Below are positions 51,413 through 64,000 of a stretch of 64,000 nt of DNA, piece after piece. The notes under the pieces are model-generated. The model was given only the letters and a program-made list of their open reading frames with translations. It was not told where the DNA came from and searched no databases. Numbering within the stretch: the first letter of the stretch is position 1; every line of letters starts with the position of its first letter. Made by a program: the position numbers and the translations under genes. Origin of the DNA: Adineta vaga (Eukaryota > Animalia > Rotifera); the NCBI GenBank assembly GCA_021613535.1, contig CP075497.1, positions 11,842,001 through 11,906,000 of the forward strand. Direction: 5' to 3'.

Positions 51413-52489
51413 GACTGTAAAATAATATTCATACGATTATGTCATAAAGAGAAAATCACACCTCGAAAAAGAAATGATTAAAGCGACATCTCAATATTTT
51501 TCACTGGTCTTTCACAAAAATCAACAGTCCATTCATAAGATATGTCCCTACTATTTTACTACTTCGTTCTTCCTATGTATAATAAACGGATCCAATCCAA
51601 TTACATATATACATACCTATGCAAAAAATGTTAATTGAGAGTCTTTAAAGAAGTTTGAATACAATGTTTATATAGTAACAATATTTCTCAATTTTGAAAT
51701 GTCTGACAAATACGTTGTGTATATGTATAATAACAATTGTAGTTGTTCATTCAATGATTTCATGGAATCCTTCGTCATACGAGATGTTAATCACGTTGTC
51801 TGTCGTCCGAAGCAAGAGTAATTCGACAACAATAAATAACCTCTCTCGTAAATAAAACGAAAGCATTATTCATGAAAAGTTCAGGATCAAGAAATTCGAT
51901 TATATATTATCAATGATCAAGTCAAAAGCAGTCGAGACTCTATAGTGAGTCACTATAAGTTAACACATTCAATTCATTGTTATAAAAATGGAAAAGAAAT
52001 ATAAAAGTATTCTAATTTAAGATACTGTCAAGAAATATTTCTTTGATAATTTGAATTCATTTCCTAAACGATGAACATTCCCTGGAAGAATCAAGAATTT
52101 TCTCCAACATTTCATCTTGAAAATAACTTGTCTTCGAACTAATTCTTTCGATCAATAACATTTCTACTGTATATATATATATGCATAATCATGAATAATT
52201 TATAATGGCATCTTTATTTCTTTTTCTCGTATTTCAAATCGAATTCATAAGAAGTATCAAAAAACACATCGAGTAATTTAAGTGTATCACTGACATAAAA
52301 CCTAATTATAAAAACTCTCATTTTTGTATTGATGTATAACTTCTATTTATGTTGAATAAGAAATATACATCTCTTCTTTATTCTTATCTAAGATTAATCA
52401 ACAACATTAACAAATATTTGTAGAAGTAAGAAGAAAAACGAAAGATCTTTTTCATATTATTCTTTCGAATATTATTAAGGATTGATTTT

Positions 52490-54289
52490 ATGATGAGTAA
52501 TTCCAATGAACAATATAATCATTCACCATGGAGTGAACATAAGTCAACAATAAAACCAAGTTGGCAAATTGCTCGAGATGTTTCAACAGCTATGCTATGG
52601 AGAAAATCATCAAAATTAAGTTTTAAACCAGGTATGTAAACATCTCTTAATCATTTTTTCTTATATGTTAATTATTTAGAATTTATTACAAATTCTAATA
52701 AACAAAGATTTTCAAGTAAAAAACATTCAATTTATAGTTCTGAAACAAGTTCAAAATCATCTCAACTTCATCGAACACCTCGAATGCCTACAGAGAAAGA
52801 AGCAGCTCTAGTAATTTAAGATTTCGTTGTCATACAATTATTTGTTGTTGTTTTCTTTGAACAAAAATAGATTGATATCGCATATAAATTATCATGTGCA
52901 TTTTGTGATGAATCTTGTATTGGAAATTATTTACGATGTCGTGTTTGTATTCATTCATATCATGTAGAATGCCTTTCTCAACGTGGTTATCTTTATAATC
53001 CACCAACATCATTTCGACGACATGTTCAACAAGATTGGAGTTGTCCCGATTGTGTAAATGATTTCTTTTCACAATGTTTTATTTTTAGAATTGTCTTTAG
53101 TGTGATCTTACTCGATTGCTTCATCATGAAGAACTTTTATATTTAATTCATGCATTCGATCAAATCGATAAAAATCGAGGTAAAATCAAAGAAAATGAAA
53201 AGACTTCTCTTTTCAATTCATTACATTTAGATGGTTATATCATTCTTGATGAATTTCTATCACTTCAAACAAATAAATCAATACCGGATGGATTAGAATT
53301 ATTTGTACAACATAATCAAGAATTAGGAAAAAGATATTTTTCATTGATGGATTCAGCACAAACAGGTGTCGTTGCTTGGTCAGATTTTGTTCTTCTTTAT
53401 AGTTGTAAATTAATCAGCGCAAAAGATAAAGTAAAAATTTGCTTTTAATATATGATTGTATTAGAAGAAACTTATCATTTCAGATTGAATTAATGACAAA
53501 ATTAACGGAAAAAGAATTAGTAACAGCGAGAAAATTATTCTTAAAAGATCCAAGAAAATCTTTCGATAATGATTTTAATCGTATTATAACTAGAGAATAT
53601 TTTAATAAAGTTCATCAAGATCTTATTCTTTCACTCAAGTAAATACAGAACTATTCGAATAGTTCAAAATAAAGTTCAATTTCTTTTTTAGTAAAAAATA
53701 TGGAATCAATTTTATTGATGCGATCTTAAGCTTTGATCATCATACTGATAATACATCGATGTAAGACATATCGATTAATATCATCTTTGATCGTTGTCTT
53801 TTCTTCTATAGAAAACCATCTGTAGTTTATTGGCCAGAATTTCTTCGTGAAATAGCTTTGTTTATCTTATTAGATCGTTCGAATAATGATGTTCGATCGA
53901 ATGAAACACGTCGTGCATCAATTCCTGCTCATCTTTCCAATGCTTCGAAAGTTTTCTATCCAACATATCAATCAAATGAACATGATTCTACTCGTCGACT
54001 GACATTATCACGATCAAATACATTAGTTTCACCGATATCAACTCATGTTTCGTATGATGAATCTTTTCTTAAACATGCGAAACTTTTACAAAAGATAAAT
54101 CAAACAAAACAAAAAAGTTATCGAATTTTAGAAGAAGAATCGGATGTGAAAACTATGAAATTACCGAAATTAAAAGTCAATGCAAGAGATGATCGTCGAA
54201 CAATTACAGATCCATGGACTTCTGTTAAAGAAATGCAACGATTAAGAAATGAACCAATTCTTCTTAGATCAACTATACAATTGTCATAG
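52490..54289 (+). CDS. PHD-finger + EF-hand protein (PHF24/GINIP-like), multi-exon
   Basis: PHD 'CAFC...CRVC..SYH..C...WSCPDC' followed by EF-hand-like 'FDQIDKNRDGYI.LDEF' and 'FSLMDSAQTGVV.WSDF'. Confidence 0.7.
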
Positions 54290-54721
54290 ATGTCGCTAAC
54301 ATTTACATTTGATTTGCTTCTTTAAAAGTCCAACGAAATAATTCGAAATGATTCATTTACTACAAAGTTCATTCATCATTTTTTTTCACTACATTTAAAT
54401 TGTTGTTCAGTGCCATTTTTATTCATGAGCTAGGAGAAGAAAAAAAAAGACGATTCAATTCTTCGACAATATGTTTTTTTTTGAATTAAACTGTAACTGA
54501 ACATTGTTCTTCCCTTTGAGTATTTGATTAGTTTTCTTGTTAGGACCAGTTATCTGTAAGGATTCGAAAATCTAAATGAAAAGGATCGACGTGAAAAAAA
54601 ATAGATTAATACCACATGTTACATTAATATGAGTAATAGATAGAAGACACTAATATGAGAACGATTTTCTTTTTTTCGTCTCCGACTGAATGAGAATAGA
54701 AAAATAAAAGTATTCTTTATC

Positions 54722-57700
54722 ATGGCGACAGACAATCTCACCAATGATACAATTAGTTTTTCTGTATCTAATCAATCGGAAAATCTTTTCGATGCTATTT
54801 ATCATTCAATTAAAGATATAGTTCAAGCAGGTCAAGAGGATGTTTTTACAATCAATGGTAAGATTACTTTCTAATTCCTAGTAAGAAACGAACAATCGTT
54901 AGACAAGGTCGCCAATTTTGTTGCTTTTTCTACCTGTCGCCTCACGTGTTCTTTCCTTTTACTCTGAAACTAATCAATTCGTAGCAAAAGTACATTATAA
55001 AATCAGGGTTTTTGTCTACCTGAGTTTAATTATTTCAGATAATTGTATATAAATTTTCTTTTCTTTTCTTTTCCTCGAAAACAGAAAAAAGTTCATTGGT
55101 CTAATTGAAAATAGTCAGATTGAATTTGTATTTCTAAATATAATGTTAACCAGCGACTTAGATGCGGAAAAAATCGAATCCAAACAAGAAGAACGTACTG
55201 AAAATGTTCATCGACTTGATGCGTTAAATCTACTGATATTTACAACTCTTCTCGTCGTTGTTGTTCTCACTATTTGGGTATTCAAACGACGGAATTTTCG
55301 TTATATTCACGAAACATGTTTGGCATTAATTTACGGTAAGATTTTCTCAATGATTTAAAATGAATTACACTTTTCTTTCAATAGGTTTTATCATTGGTGC
55401 TATTCTACATCACACAGGCACTTCAAATACAAAACCAAATATATTGAAAATGAATGATACAGTCTTTCCGAAGAATTCCATACCAAACTGGGTGTCTTTC
55501 GAGTAACATTTCCTTAATTTATATTCGTTTATTGATCTGTTGAAATTTATTTAGAGATCAAAATATGTCCGCGATCTATTTATATACTTTTCAAGGACCC
55601 TATCAAAAAGATACAGTTCATTTAGAAGAACATAGAGTAACTTTTTTTTCTTTCGAAATTCTTATGTGATGTGTTTTCTATTCATTAGGCAATGTTCAAT
55701 TCGGAAATCTTTTTCAATATTATTTTACCACCGATTATTTTCCATGCGGGTTATAGTATGAAACGAGTATGGAAGATGAATTTGATTTTTTTTTTCTTCA
55801 AATGAAATGTTTGTTTATAGAAAAACTTCTTTCGAAATTTGGGAGCGATTTTAATGTTTGCACTTGTGGGTACAACGATTGCGTGTATATCTACAGGGTT
55901 TGAATTGATTATGATCTATTGAATTGATTTTTATGTAATGAATGATCTTTCTAGAATCATGGTTTATGGTTCAGTTCGTGCATTTGGTAGTTTACGAACA
56001 TTTTTTTCTTTTACGGATTCACTTTATTTCGGTGCTATTATATCAGCCACTGATCCAGGTTGGTTTCTTTTCTTTTTTTTGAGATTTCTTCTCAAAATAA
56101 ATTCTGTCTTTTTAGTCACAGTCTTAGCGATATTCAACGATTTAAATGTTGATGTTGATCTGTATGCAATTATCTTTGGTGAAAGTGTATTAAATGATGC
56201 TGTTTGTTTAGTCCTTGCAAAGTAGGAACAAAGAATTTGATTTTTTTTTCTTCTTAATGTAAAATCTTCTTGTCTTTTAGTTCAATTGAAAAGTATGTTG
56301 CTGGTGCAATTTTAGATAAATTTGATCGAACATTAATGTTGAAATCTTTTGGCAATTTTTTTGTCGTTTTTATTGGATCTTTTGCTATTGGATCTGGAAT
56401 GGGTTGTCTTACTGCATTGGTAAACGATAGGAAACGAAAAAAAGAAAGAATATCAAGATTTTGATTCGATTTTAGATGACAAAATTTACTTATATTCGTG
56501 ATTTTCCGTTGTTGGAAACAACACTTTTTGTTTTAATGTCCTACAGTACATTTTTGGCTTCAGAAGCAGCAGGATTAACAGGTAAGTATAGATATTGAGA
56601 TTAAAAATTAAGTTTAAGAGATTATTTCGTATTCTACTCACGCAATTTTATCTGTCAAAGTAATACTTTCGAAGAACAACGATTCTTCTATGCCTTTTTT
56701 GACGATATGTTATAAAACATTGAAAATGTTGACGAATTTTAGTTAAATATTTCATCTAAGAAAGATTATCTTTCTTTCCTAATGCTTCATTTGACTTCTA
56801 ATTTTTCCTATTAGGTATTGTTGCTGTACTTTTCTGTGGAATATTTCAAGCTCACTATACATTCAATAATCTCTCTGAAGAATCGAAACAACGAACGCGT
56901 GATGTACATTAAATGATATAGAATGATTATTATTGTTAAAAATTCTTCTCTTTTAGTTATTTGAATTATTTAATTTTCTTGCTGAAAATTTTATATTTAT
57001 TTATATTGGTATAACACTATTTACATTTCCTAGTCAAAAATGGGATATACGATTTATTATTATCTCGATCGTAAGATACAAAATTCCATGATTTTCTATC
57101 CTTAAATTTCTATTTCTTAGATGGCTATTGCTTTTGCTCGAATTTTATGTATTGTATCCCTTTCATTTGTATTGAATTTGACTCGAAAAAATCCAATTAG
57201 TTGGCGTTGGCAATTGATGTTAATCTTTTCGGGTTTACGTGGTGCTTTTGCATTTGCATTAGCTATACGAAATGTCTCGACACATGCACGTTCACTTATG
57301 TATACAACAACATCGATAATTGTCATTCTAACTGTTGTTTTCAACGGTACATTAGTTGCACCAGTTTTGAAATTATTAAAAATTCGGTACGAAACTTTCT
57401 GAAGTTTGCTGTCTAGAGAAGAACGAATCTCCTCTTTTTAGCATCAATGTTCATGAAGAAGTCGAACCACCATCATCGAATAATAAATATCGTATTATCG
57501 ACATAGGAATAGTGTAAGTAACGGTTTTCTTTATTTATCTTTTTCAAGAAGAAGAAGAAGATTCATGAGAGACAAAAAGTAAAGAGTTTTCGAATACAAT
57601 TTTCAGCGAAATCGTCGTGAATCAGATGAGGTTGCTCTATTAACCAATGATGATATTGATAATGATGAAGCAACAATCACCATCGATGCTCGACAAGATT

Positions 57701-58680
57701 CATCAAGAAAGTCAAAGGTATTTTGTTTTAGCTTCTCTTTCAAGCATAACTGTCAAATAAAATGCACGAATAACTAACTAACTAACGCTTGGTGAAGGAG
57801 TGGATAAATGTTGGAAATTGAGACGATTATCAATGTTATTTTCGTTTTAGACTGAATCAAAAACATGGTTACTAAACAAATGGTCTCATTTTGATAAAAT
57901 GTAAGTACAAAATACAATCCATTCTTGCTTTCATACCATTATTTCATTTAGTTTTATGAAGCCTCTTCTCACTCACAGTTATCCACCCTTGACAGCGACA
58001 TTACCAACCTGTTTTTTACCTATTACAAAACTTTTAACAACAAAAGAACAACGTACAATGGTAAGTTAGAATTGAAAAATGATTTGCTTGCTTCGCATGG
58101 GATATAATTTTATAAATCTTGATTCTTTTGATTCATATTACAGCATCGAAATGAAAATATTTCATCATCTATACACTCACCTATGGTTAGCAGTGATGAT
58201 TCAATATTAAATAATCATCATGTAATTCCAACGCTTGAATTGATTGATATTGATACTGTTGATTTGTATTCCAATTCGAATCGATTGATGAATGTAAGTC
58301 ATTTTTTATCGAAGAAAAGTTCATTGATAAAGAAAACCGATAGACGTCAGTTTCTCCTATATATATATAAATGCATGGATGATTACAGGAACCGATGAGT
58401 GTAAATCTTCATACGGATAAAAATGGCGATGTTTCTGCTCGTTTTACTGCATCTTCATCATCATCAGCAGTACCACAATTATTATGAAGTAGATTTCATA
58501 TGCTTTGCTTTTTTGTCTCGCTAAATATCTAACGCTTTATACTCGTTGTTGTTGTTGTTTTTTTCTGTTTTTACAAGATTTGATTATGTGTTTATTTTGT
58601 TTCTTTAGGAACACTTCGAAAGTCAAATGCATCCGTTAGTTCAATATGATGATCAAACAATGACCAGTGACATTGAATAA
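54722..58680 (+). CDS. Endosomal Na+/H+ exchanger (SLC9A6/7/9-like), multi-exon
   Basis: '[19 protein letters not shown]', '[17 protein letters not shown]', '[11 protein letters not shown]' and '[13 protein letters not shown]'. The first exon at 54722 joins 55162 in frame. The final exon is uncertain (stop at ~58486 or 58680). Confidence 0.92.
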
Positions 58681-58860
58681 AATCATCAATTGTTCATTTT
58701 TCGTGATAGATTTTCATCTCATTCTTGTTTCTAGTATGTTTCAATGTCTCTTTATTTGCTCTTGAAGAAGATTTTTGTGATTGAACAAATGTTTTATCTT
58801 TATTTCTCTCAATCGTTTATAAATATTTTATTGAAATATTATCAAATAAAAAAGAAATAT

Positions 58861-59644
58861 TTATTGAAAAATTTCACGTTTGGATAAGCCTATAAAAAAA
58901 AGAATAAAGAAACCAATTAGAAAAGGTTCATATCGAACATACTTTTATGACAAGTTAATCCATAATAAGGTGTTTTACATCGACAATAAAATGTTGAAGT
59001 TAATGGAACACATTCACCTCCATGAAGACAAGGAGAACTTGAACAAGAATCTTTAGTTGATGGGCCAGTTGATTTAAATTCTACATAGAAAAAAAGAGCA
59101 TCGATTAGAAGGAAACTTGGACAAACTAAATTTTACTTTTTTCACAATTTCTTCCATAATATTGTTCAGTACAAGTACAATAATGACGACCACTTGCTAA
59201 TGTTCGACACGATCCACCGTTTTGACATGGATTACCCGAGTTACATGCATCTATTAATGTTACAAAATTTCATAATGAAAGTTTTATAAGAACTGTAAAT
59301 ATATATTTACCATTGAATTTCTTTCCATATTTATCAATTGATCCTGATGAACTTTGTGTTGGTTTATGTTTATTACTCGGAGTCGTTGGAAATAGAGAAG
59401 CTAAAGCATCAGAACTGGGTTTTTTTGTAGTTGTTGTTGATTTTTTTGGTTTAAATAAAAATCGTTTCATTCTTTCGAGATGATCTTAATACAAAATATC
59501 AACTTTTCGATTGCGAATAAGTATCATAAGAAAAATGTTACCTTCTTCATCTTTAAGATCATCATAACGTGTACATTCGATATTAAATGTTAAAATAACT
59601 AAATTTATAGTTAAAATGAATAGAATCAAACGATAGTTGATCAT
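58861..59644 (-). CDS. Small secreted protein with two EGF domains
   Basis: Signal peptide 'MINYRLILFILTINLVIFTF'; EGF domains 'CNSGNPCQNGGSC...CTC.EQYYGRNC' and 'CSSSPCLHGGEC...CRC..PYYGLTC'. Confidence 0.85.
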
Positions 59645-60192
59645 TGTCTTGGTTTAGTTAGTATGAAAATATCTTCGCATCTTTTCTTTATAAATAAACA
59701 TGATAATTGGATTTAGGAGGAGTGTTGACAAATGATGATTTATCTAAGTAATTTGTACGGAAATACTTTAGACTATCTATCTTCCATCTATTATCATGAT
59801 GAAAGATTTGTTAAATTAATAAAATCATATGTAGAAAAGTCATTTTTCTTTTAGATAATTTGGTTTCTATTGAAAATAATGACGACTAACGAAGATAATT
59901 TCTTTTTGATGAGAGTCAAATCAGCTGTTTAAAACATAGATAACGTTTTAAGTTTATTATTTAACAAAAATAAGAAAACGATTCTTTATGAATAGAAATG
60001 TCACAACGTAAAGAATCTTAAACAGAAAATTATCATCAGTTCGACACGTGTTCTACTTGAATCATCTTCAGACTTGTGCAATAGAGATAAGAGTCCCAAG
60101 AAAGAAAAGAAAAGCAAGTTCACTAGTTACCTCACACTTTTGTCCTTTTCATCATTTATCATAAACAACAACGATAAGAAAATAATTTAAAC

Positions 60193-60916
60193 ATGTTACG
60201 AGTGTTATTTTTCATATTCGTTAGTTTTCTTGTTTATATTCCACATACATCAATTCAAGATGTAGCAAAACCATGGAAAGATCATCATCGTTCTCGCCGA
60301 GATGCACAGCCTCCTGTTAATGATTCTCGTAATAAATTAATTATGGCATTAACAGAACACCAACATCAATATGAAACAGCTTTTTATGCATTAGCATTAG
60401 ATAAAACTTTTCCAAATTTTGCTCAATTGTTTCATGAACGAAGTGAACAAAAGTATGTTTACAATTACTAATAGAAATGAATAATAAATCTTGTTTTATT
60501 TCATTTGTAGATATAACGTTATTAAAGGTCTCATTCGTCTTTTCCAATTACTTGGTCTTGAGACTAATTTGGTGAATGTTCAATTATCTTCATCAAATGG
60601 ACCATTGAAACTTGTCGCATTCGATAAACGAAATCAAATGAATTTCATCGATTATTTTTCGCAAGTGGAATATGACGAATGTACAACAACGTTCAAATAT
60701 TTAAAAGAAGTTTACGAGGAAAAAAATTCCGCATCAGAACCATTACAGATGTATTTAAAAAAGAAAGTTTATCCCAAACAGCGTTTATTATGTAAACAAA
60801 CATCAGATTTACATGTTCAACTTGGTCGTTTGCAAGATTCTACAATTAACGGTTCGAATATTCCATTTTCATTTATATATGCAGATTCTCGTGCTAAATA
60901 TTTGTTATCTGAATGA
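60193..60916 (+). CDS. Secreted, highly divergent ferritin-like protein, 2 exons
   Basis: Signal peptide and RSRR site. 'FPNFAQLFHERSEQK' and 'EPLQMYLK..VYPKQ...KQTSDLHVQLGRL' parallel ferritin helices B and D. Confidence 0.5.
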
Positions 60917-61132
60917 ATTTTTATGACTTCGAAATAAAAAAATCAACGAGAAGGAAAGTTTCATTTCATCGAACAGCCATCTGGTGTGTGTGAGAAGAAT
61001 GATAGACTTCATTAAGTTTTCTTCGAACTCATCTTGACAAAAGTAAAGAGAACAAAGAGGAGGAGGAGAAACTATTTATATTCTCATTCATTTTCATTTT
61101 GAATGACTCTTTTGAAAAAAAAATCGAATAAA

Positions 61133-62137
61133 ATGATTAAGATCATTTTCTTTGTTATATTTTGTATTTTTGGTCATCTGGTAGAATTTTCAGCTGGTCA
61201 GTAAGTATTTATTATAAGAAGAAATTTAGTTACAATTCATAAATTATATTAGAGTTCAACCACCATCGATTGAAAAGTATCGATTCAATATTTCAAGTAA
61301 AGGATCACTTCAATTCAATACTAACATTGTACCAGAAGCAATAATACCTCGAAAGTTTGTATTTAAGTTTCATATTCGAATGTAACTTTCTTTTTCTAAT
61401 TGAAAGATTTGCTTGTCTATTCGTATTTGATAAAGAAGCATCGAATCAACTTTATAACAATCTGGAATATGCCAATCTATATGCAAATCAATTGACGGAA
61501 TTTGCATCGAATTATGCTGCTCATGCGAATATTGTTATTACTAATGCAGGTGTAGAAATGTGGTCAACAGGTGATCAAATATCATTTGCTGTTCAAAACA
61601 GTTTTCTTCCACCAGTCGAAGAGTTTTTACCACGATTTCAAACATATTTAGCCGATACGAAGAAGGCACTTTTCGGAACAGTTTATACAGTTGGAGTATT
61701 GATCTCTAATAAAGGTTCTCCATTAGTCAATAGAGGTATTTCTCAAGGACCACCAAATACAACCTGGGGTAAAGTTTACTTCTATCTACAAAAACATTCA
61801 ATTATATTCTTTATTTTAAGGTGCTTCAATCATCTATTATCGACATTATCCATGGGTAATTGCTGGTTTACTTGCACATGAATTAGCACATACACTTTCT
61901 GTTGTTCATACCTTTTCCTTGGAAGGTCGATGTCAAGAATGTCCAAAATTACCATTTTGTCCGTCAGTTACACTGAAACCAATTCCTGATGAATGCAATT
62001 GTAATGGATATCCATATCCTGCTGAACAATGTTTGATGACAAATCAATTTGGACGTGCATCAGGCAATGCTCCAAGATATACATCATGCGACATTCAAAT
62101 GATGAATTTTTTCACATCAAATTCTTCCTGTAACTAA
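61133..62137 (+). CDS. Small secreted M12B/reprolysin-like zinc metalloprotease, multi-exon
   Basis: Signal peptide. The spliced last exon gives 'LLAHELAHTLSVVH' (HExxHxxxxxH), the Met-turn 'CLM' and 'YTSCD'. Confidence 0.75.
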
Positions 62138-62494
62138 ATTTTGATCTATTAAACAAACATATGGGATATTTCGGGATTTATTTATTGATATTGGTATATA
62201 GGTATTATTTATTCCTCTTTATATATGAAAATAAATTTGGTTGAAAACTGCACGCGAACGGAGTTTAGTTTTCTTGAATGCCATCTCACCTTAGGATATT
62301 TTCAATAGATTGAAAAGGAATAATTGATATAAATAGTTTCTTATATTCCTCGTTGATTGTCATTTATAGAACAAATTTGAAATTCATCTGTCGGAAGAAA
62401 CTTGTCAAACAGAATTGGTTGCTACGAATTTGATTTTTTCTATTTAAAACTTACTTCATTCTTTTTTTTCTCTTTTTATTCAAAACGATACTTA

Positions 62495-63277
62495 ATGGCA
62501 ACAGAGTTACCATTTGATTTTCTCTTATGTAATTCTCGAAAGAATATTGTACCATCAGTAGATCAAAGATCGCTCAAAGTTCGTTCTCGTAGTGCTGATC
62601 AGATATATCAAGATCGAAGAATGATTTATCGAAATCAAGTCGAAACAAATCGTCGAGATCTTTTCGTTTCATTAATGGAAAAAGAACTTCATCAAAAACA
62701 AACAACACAACGAATACGTACATTACGTTTCTTAAATAATTTACATCGAAAACATCCCTTAGCCAATGATTTTCTTCCTCAAATATTATCTTCTGATCCC
62801 ATTGATCTTCTCGATCAAATAGATATCTATTCTTTTCATATACGAAAAAATCATTCAAATGAATCTCCACTAAAACAAGCAATCTCCAAGCATTCATCTG
62901 AAATAACACAGAAGATATCGAGTAAATGAATATTAGATATATCATTACTTGATTATTATCAGATTCTTTCAGATGAAAAAACAGAAGCATTGACATCCAA
63001 AGATCAACAACGTTTTACCAGTCGACGAGAAAATGACCAAAGTCTTTTTCCAAGACGTTATCAACAATTACAATTCGCTCGTCGTACTCATCAAGTAACA
63101 AAATATAAACCAACTACTGAAGAAATTAACAATGTAATACGAAGAACTAAACTCGAACGTGTTCGATCCGCATATCAAGCAGTAACACAAACGAAAATCA
63201 AAGATCTTTATCAAACTCAACAACAAATAAAAAATGCACATCTTTCAACACGTATCGATCGGTTTTTAAAACAATAA
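62495..63277 (+). CDS. Uncharacterised basic protein, 2 exons
   Basis: Two long open frames (ORFs 62402 and 62990) separated by a GT-AG intron near 62923-62972. No family recognised. Confidence 0.55.
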
Positions 63278-63895
63278 ACAACTATCCAACAGGATATTCT
63301 TTCTTGATGATATAGTATTGATAACAACTCTTAATATAATATAAACCTCTTTAACTGTATTCATATCAAATTTCAAAAATAAGATATACACATATGAGGC
63401 ATGATTGACATATAAATTAATATCTTCCATTCTGAAATCAAATCTCAATGTTGAATAGAAATGTTTGTCATCATATACAAATAAACATATGCTTGTAGTT
63501 TCTTTCTATCTCTTGTCAATCAAAAAGAAGATGATGACTTCCAGCAGAGATATTCTACTCTCTTCTTCTGATTTTCTACTGGTTTCTATAATACATTAAC
63601 GATAGATGTACAACAGATTGAGAGAAGAGGAAGAGAAAAACAAGATACGATGTAAAACGAGAAAGTGTGTGTGTGTGTGTGTGTATAAGTATAAGACGTG
63701 GGAGGAAATATTGTATTGTTGAATCTATGCATGTAGGCCGATTGAGTTGGAGAAGAGACAACGATGGTAAAAGAATAAAAACCAGATGAGATGAGAGGTG
63801 ATGGAAAGGCGACGAGACAATAATCAAGAACAAAACAACAATCCTATCAACGATAACAAATCAGAACTTCATATTTGTCGTTTTTACTAAACAGA

Positions 63896-64000
63896 ATGGT
63901 CGATGTTATACAACAACAATGTAATAATAATGATCAACAAGAACAAAAACAGTCAACTTCGAATAATAGTAATGATACATCAACATTACTGATGGATCAA
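63896..64000 (+). CDS. Possible N-terminus of a gene continuing beyond the window
   Basis: An ATG after an acceptor-like 'acag' opens a frame MVDVIQQQCNNNDQQ... that runs to the window end. Confidence 0.35.
   Translation, partial: MVDVIQQQCNNNDQQEQKQSTSNNSNDTSTLLMDQ

Noticed and set aside
51940-51957. CTATAGTGAGTC matches part of the reverse T7 promoter and forms a short palindrome
   Set aside because: Only 12 nt match and there is no other vector sequence. Chance is adequate.
63665-63685. (GT)n tract and other short (GA)n, (AT)n and (GAT)n microsatellites
   Set aside because: Ordinary simple repeats with no further structure.
1-64000. Prokaryotic systems (CRISPR arrays, operonic defence islands) or bacterial contamination
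   Set aside because: No repeat-spacer array was seen. The foreign-type genes have host-like composition, several carry spliceosomal introns, and all are interleaved with intron-rich animal genes.

Overview
AT-rich, gene-dense eukaryotic DNA with many 50-70 nt GT-AG introns. It is not prokaryotic, so most ORF-track entries are exon fragments or spurious. The intron style, the 'LPSNH'-type TPR gene, the TGTGGG/CCCACA repeats and the mix of animal and non-animal gene families fit a bdelloid rotifer best (inference). Core animal genes are a PHLDB-like gene (cut by the window start), CFAP91 with two identical tRNA-Val(AAC) genes in an intron, 2-Cys peroxiredoxin, prefoldin 4, a small homeobox gene missed by the ORF track, an atypical ARF-like GTPase, CIAO3/NARFL followed 25 bp later by NCBP3, RAD1, a calponin-family CH protein, a tetraspanin, KMO, a PHF24-like gene, an endosomal NHE, and a trio of secreted-protein genes (EGF pair, divergent ferritin-like, minimal M12B protease). 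Genes of apparently foreign families are interspersed: an intronless DUF885 protein, a secreted App1-type phosphatase, a complete plant-type BTB-NPH3 (NRL) protein, a secreted flavin amine oxidase and a bacterial-style caspase-family gene. The most unusual block is about 26.3-42.5 kb. A ~2.1-kb direct duplication brackets it, and each copy carries an OTT1508-like Zn-dependent deaminase broken at different, complementary sites. Between the copies lie TPR, aquaglyceroporin and TPR-SET pseudogenes and a DINE/HINE-like element. All calls come from manual reading and motif recall, and no database search was run.
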